57,654 bases of DNA. Origin: Catajapyx aquilonaris (taxonomy: Eukaryota). The notes under the pieces were generated by a model. The model was not told the DNA's origin. It saw only the letters and a program-made list of their open reading frames with translations, and ran no database searches. The DNA is taken from the NCBI GenBank assembly GCA_000934665.2, contig JYFJ02002394.1, forward strand, positions 1-57,654. Reading direction: 5' to 3'. The translations under genes were made by a program, and so were the position numbers. Positions 52,525 to 57,654 of the stretch are shown one piece after another. How positions within the stretch are numbered: the stretch's first letter is position 1; every line of letters begins with the position of its first letter.

Positions 52525-52666
52525 GTGAGGCCATCCATTTGGCAAGGGATTTTGGGTACGTGTGCGAGACGGAGTTCCCAGCCAGGCAGGTGGCGGAGTA
52601 CCTGGCCAGGCAGCACGCTGATCCAGGAGACTCCTACCGACGCAAGGAGCTCATCTTAGCCACCAA
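52525..52666 (+). CDS. TfAP-2: AP-2 exon, helix-span-helix region ([18 protein letters not shown]...KELILATK)
   Basis: Canonical AP-2 sequence. Acceptor cttgtctgttccag| and donor AA|GTAAGT; 142 nt, phase 1/2. Confidence 0.97.
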
Positions 52667-53104
52667 GTAAGTCCGGTTGCAGAATGGCCACCCAAGTGGA
52701 TGGCCAAAAAGGGAAAGGTCCTCTTTTGTTACGGTGGGTTTTGCATGTGACTGTGGCTTGGGACTATCATTTGACAAGTGTCAGGAATGTCCTGCGTGAC
52801 AGTACTTGCCTTTTAGATACCATTAAAGTTAGAGGGAGAAAAAAAAAAGTCAAACACTGGCCATACTCTCAAGGGCTTCTTGTTTGAAGCCTCCGGCCTT
52901 CAGGGTTTCACCTTGAGGCCTTGGTGGTCGTGAATGAAGATGGTTACATGTACTAGTGTCATATATGCTAGAACTCTTCACTCCGACATTAATTAAACAC
53001 TAATAGTATATGATTGGTTGCTGTTGTGATGACAATTTCTTAATTACTAGTTTTAATATTATGCAATTGACACACATGTTGCTGACGTCCTAATAATTTT
53101 CCAG

Positions 53105-53276
53105 GCAGATCACCAAAGAACTGATGGACCTGCTGAACCAGGACCGGTCACCTCTTTGCAACACCCGCCCCCAGATCATCCTGGACCCCAGCATCCAGCG
53201 TCACCTCACGCACTTCTCTCTCATCACGCACGGATTCGGATCTCCAGCGATCGTCGCCGCCCTCACAGCCATCCAA
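53105..53276 (+). CDS. TfAP-2: AP-2 exon, helix-span-helix region ([17 protein letters not shown]...[22 protein letters not shown])
   Basis: Contains the QDRSPL and [12 protein letters not shown]-2 signatures. Acceptor atttttccag| and donor CAA|GTACGT; 172 nt, phase 2/0. Confidence 0.96.
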
Positions 53277-53345
53277 GTACGTACACCTATGACTCTACAT
53301 ATGACCCGTATATTACCTGCACAACTAACACACTATTATTTTCAG

Positions 53346-53465
53346 AACTTCCTCACGGAATCCCTGAAACATCTGGAGAAGATGTACCCGTCAGGAAATG
53401 CTCACGTGTCAGTGACATCTTCACAATCCATAGACACCAAACCGAAAGACCTGGACAAGAAGTAA
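53346..53465 (+). CDS. TfAP-2: AP-2 last coding exon ([14 protein letters not shown]...KDLDKK*)
   Basis: Preceded by a CTAAC branch point and tattattttcag| acceptor. Splicing restores the family motif Q-N(Y/F)L.E.LK..(D/E)KMY. Ends at TAA 53463-53465. Confidence 0.93.
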   Translation, partial: NFLTESLKHLEKMYPSGNAHVSVTSSQSIDTKPKDLDKK

Positions 53466-56400
53466 CGTTCCATTTAGTGGAACACTTGTGAATTCCCCCC
53501 CCCCCCCATCCTCCCCCCCCTAGCTGCCAATTTTTATGTATACATAATATGAGTAACTGCGCCCCACTTCCTCCCCACTCCCTACCCATGAGCTCCTGGA
53601 AAGTCTTTGGACACAAGACGAAGATGCTCCCTCGAGGAGCAAACATTTTTAAGTTTCGAAGTGCATCAGAAGCAATTATCCGATGGTTGTGAGAAGATGT
53701 GTAGTGCAAAGAAACCGGAGGAGAAAGAGGAGGGACGCCTGTTTTGTGAGAGTTGCAATCCCACCAAAACCTGACAAGTTAGGATTGTAAAGGAAATTAT
53801 TGTAATCAGAATTTTTGTGTGCCACAAGTTAGCAAGGAAAAAAAAAAGAAAAGAAGGGCTGTGGTCTGAGTCCCTTGGTTTTCAAGTGGTCGACCTACCC
53901 CCNCCCCCCCCCCCCCAACACACACTTGTAGTGTTTTAGTCACGCCAAAACACCGCAGCCCGACCTGACGGATTCAGATCTCTTCAGTGTTGATCGTGAT
54001 TTTTGTCCCTCTCCCTCAATTTTCTTATTTTTAGTGCAAAGAGATGTGGCGTTATTGTGCTCAGTTTTTAAAAGGGATAAAAAGTTGAATTTTGTTTTTT
54101 GGAGAGGAAAGTGCCCACATTATATACCTGCTTCCCTTTGACCCCCCCTCTTCCATCTCCCTTCCATCCCTACTGGGATACTCTCATGTAGCTGTATAGA
54201 GCCAGGACTTTGCATGGCGTAGAGATAGTGTTGATTAGACTGTCATAGTAAAGACCTGCGGGGATGCAAAAAAATTAATAATAATAATAAGAGAGAACAA
54301 TCCACCAGATGCAAACGTGAGGTCTGTATGTGTGTGTGTGTGAGTGGGTACAAGTGAGAATGTGTTATCAGGTGCAATGAAAATTTTTTAAGAAAAAGTT
54401 TGACCTCGTGACAACTGAAGAGTCGACGTCATCCGAAATCTGCCAGCAATTTTGGTTCACTTCGACTAACTTCTGGCCAAATAAGAGGAGTTTTACTATG
54501 ATTGTATTATTTTATAAAGGCTTTGAATAGGTTGCCGCTGATGGGAAATGGTGTTTCTTTTTCCATCAAAGGTGACGTTATGTGTAAATCAACATTCCTT
54601 CCCGTTCTTCACCTATCCCCCTCATAAGAAAAGAAAAAATAATAATAATTATAATAATAAGTGAGCTCCTTATTTTTAGAGGGGCTCGTTGAGAAAATGT
54701 ACGCTCAAGTGCAAGATAAAATAGTGTTTTTAAATCTCAAAAAAATATAACTATAGCTAAGGCGAATTTTAAACGGTGTGGGTTTTGTAGAAGGTGTATT
54801 TTAGTAAGACGTGCATTATTGACCTTTGTGACCTGCTCAGCAGCCATCCCCTTTGGCAGTTCCGAAAAAGATATTGGGTTTTACAAAAGAAACATTACGT
54901 TGCTCCCATGGTCCCCTCACATCTTGTAGTTTTTGGGCAAGAGGTGGTAGTTGTACAGTATTGTTGCTGTTCTCATCTTTGCTCAAACTTTTTATGTTTG
55001 CCATGCCATTATTTGTGAATTCTCTGGAGTGTGCCAACATTATGTTCAGTTTGTGAATTTAAATGACTTAGTGGAAAAACTCTAAATTACTGTTCAGTAA
55101 GGCTTGCACTGCCAAATGCCGGCTCCATTGCCCTTTGGTTCCCAACTGTAGTGAGTACGTTAACTGCACAATGAAGTCTGGCATCAACTACATATCTCCA
55201 TGTCTTCAAACTTCATGACATGAGCCCCATGGTGTCCATAAGAGGCCAAAATATAATCCCCCTTCCCCATTTTTTTTTCTGAAAATGCAAAAGAAGGGCT
55301 GCTTCTGAGTCCTTCCTCCTGAGGAATTGTGAATATTGAGAGTCTGTGCCAATCCACGTGCGCAAATGAGCTGGGTGAGAGTTCAAAGTGGATGTGTGGG
55401 TGGGTGGTTCTCGTGTGTGTGAGTGTGGGCATGCACGTTGTATCGAATGGGAAAAACACAAGACAGTGGCAAAATGTAACAGTAGATTTGCATACTCCTC
55501 TTGGCCAAATTCCGACCTTGTGCTTTCCTCACATTAGTTGCCAAATTGATTGTTGCAATATGCAAATCTGATGCCAATAATTTACTGGGCGAATGCTTTG
55601 TAAGCCAATGGTTTGGACCAGCCCTGACATTAATTACATATCATTATTATTCACTGACCATTGGAGGGCTGGCAGGTGCCCTCTAGAGCACCCACAATGC
55701 ATTGTCGGCTCTCATGTTTAGCCACAGAAGAACAATCAAAAAAGGGAGTTTTTGTAGATGATGTGTCGGTCTCCACTTGGTTATGTCAAAATCTGTCACA
55801 GTTTGTGCCAATATCACGTCACATTTGGGGATCATCCCACAGCGCAGAGTTGTACATTGATTTTTTTATTGTTTCTTTGTACATAGATTTATTCCTCCCC
55901 CTTCCCCTCCCCCTCTTGAGTATGTACTATACTTTGCAGTGTTAGCTCCAATGATTAGTTACCTGTGCTAACAGCAACAACTGTAAAAGACAAGCCTTCG
56001 TGCCAGTGGAGCTTCTGCACTGTAAATACTCTCCACCCTGTCCTTTTATAAACAAAAAAATACGTCTTGGAGAAATAACCCAATTAGTATGCCACAATTT
56101 ATGTAAAAATCTGTAAGCAAAAAGTGCTGCCATGTTCTGTTCAAAATACTCGCCTTGTTTCTTGTTTCTTTGTTCCCCTTATTTTGGTTCATGCTCCCGA
56201 AGAGATGTGGCGACAACAATGGCACATTATGCTACGATGTCAACCACTGCAGCATATGAAGCGAAGGGAACCCCCATATAAAGCTGGTGGATAGGACTTA
56301 GTTGTTGTGCCCTCCCCCAAGGTCCCCCTTTCCCTTCCTCCCAAAACCTGCAGTACACCCGCCGTATGTACGGTGGTGTTTACTTCCTCCCCCCCCCCCC

Positions 56401-56500
56401 CCACGTTATTTAATTGTGATAAAACTTCGCATTGTTTTTACTTTGAAAGTTGTGTATTTCAAGCTCCACAAATAAACTGCATTCCAATTGTAAATGCAGA
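53466..56500 (+). other. probable AP-2 3' UTR (about 3 kb)
   Basis: The first canonical AATAAA I found after the stop is at 56471-56476, followed by a T-rich tract near 56508-56525. Pumilio-type TGTANATA elements occur at 55878 and 56021. The end point is inferred. Confidence 0.5.
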
Positions 56501-57164
56501 ACACGGATTCTCTTTTCTTTTACTCTGCAGGATCCTATGTAGCGTATAGTTCGCCTTAATTCAAAGTACTGCGATTTTTGCATAGCACCGGGAAAACTAC
56601 TATTTTACATACCATAGGCCCTACTATAATATTACGGTTACGTTTCCTGGCTCGTGTAAAATGTGACATCCTACTGCATCTAGTGGGCAATTTTTGTACT
56701 ATAAGAGTCAGAATTATGAAAACACAATATGGGTGGGTGTGTGGGGGGGATGTTTCATTTTCAGTGTTATTGAACCAAAATGGAGTTTTGCAAAATAGTG
56801 GGCTGGTGGGAAATAATATATTCTTCCGGAAAGCTTATCTAAGTTAGGGCCTACTACATATTTGATTAATGTATAGGCTATCAAAAATATATGGCAGTAA
56901 AATTATATTAGGCGAGGGGGGACTCACTCGACTGTAAAATGTACACCGGAGTACCAAATTCAAGGAGTACCAAGATGTACCTGGGAGTACCTAATTAAGG
57001 AGTATATACAACCTTTAACCCCCCCTGTGATAGCATGTAAGCCTCGATCGACTTGATTGCTTAAAAAATGGATTTGAAAAAGAAATGCTTGGTGCGACAT
57101 TGTGCTTTTCGTGTGATGACTGATGACAATGATGATGACGATGTGTCGATGTGATGATTAGAGC

Positions 57165-57168
<4 letters not shown>

Positions 57169-57220
<52 letters not shown>
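57169..57220. repeat. (GA)n microsatellite, about 26 units
   Basis: Directly visible perfect dinucleotide run. Confidence 0.97.
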
Positions 57221-57223
<3 letters not shown>

Positions 57224-57403
57224 CGGAGCTGGGCGCTTATTGAGTTATTGTGGGTTTCTGTATCCGCAACATTTACTGTCCGTCTTATGGCGTCTTTGGG
57301 TTAACGGACTGCAGCAACCATCATGGCTTTCATATTTCCCACCTCCTTCATTAATACTGTGGTCCTAGCACTCGTCGGATCGGTTCGTGTGGCAGGGGTA
57401 AGA

Positions 57404-57521
57404 ATATTTTTATACCACGGGAATTTTTATAGCATGGATATTTTTGTACCACGGGAATTTTTATACCACATATATTTTTATACCACGGGAATTTTTATAC
57501 CAGGGAAATTTTATACCACAT
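57404..57521. repeat. 17-bp minisatellite (NNNTTTTTATACCACGG), about 7 units
   Basis: atatttttataccacgg/gaatttttatagcatgg/atatttttgtaccacgg/gaatttttataccacat/atatttttataccacgg/gaatttttataccaggg/aaattttataccacat. Confidence 0.9.
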
Positions 57522-57654
57522 TTAAAAAAATATATGTCACATGAAAAGAAATCATAACAGGATTTGTTTTTGTTTTTGGCACACGAATATTTTTTAAGAA
57601 TATACTGAAACACAAATTATCACATTCTTTTACTTATTAACACACAAATAAGGC

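Noticed and set aside
1..57654. The many 60-184 aa ORFs outside the AP-2 exons (for example 5101-5565, 21423-21977, 26223-26747, 40667-41203, 44002-44511)
   Set aside because: They have no recognisable domains, many begin at GTG or TTG, and their composition reflects homopolymer runs. This is expected noise in intronic DNA.

Overview
This is eukaryotic (animal, probably arthropod or other protostome; species not determinable) genomic DNA dominated by one intron-rich + strand gene, a transcription factor AP-2 (TFAP2) orthologue. Eight common coding exons join in one uninterrupted frame with GT-AG boundaries: 19132-19407, 21241-21399, 29938-29995, 34053-34254, 46470-46588, 52525-52666, 53105-53276 and 53346-53465. 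Two phase-0 alternative first coding exons are plausible: 12968-13180 (486-aa protein) and 16790-16807 (421-aa protein). The probable 3' UTR is about 3 kb, with AATAAA at 56471. Almost all other listed ORFs look like chance open frames in non-coding DNA. I see no new protein system, CRISPR array or intact transposon. The interesting signals are regulatory: a consensus recursive-splice-site motif with a 33-nt cryptic exon at 2881, many Su(H)/CSL motifs in intronic clusters, AP-2 motifs in the putative promoter, a stop-free 69-nt intron in the dimerisation domain, a TGCCAA cluster in the 3' UTR, and several small palindromic or tandem repeats. All motif counts were made by eye.
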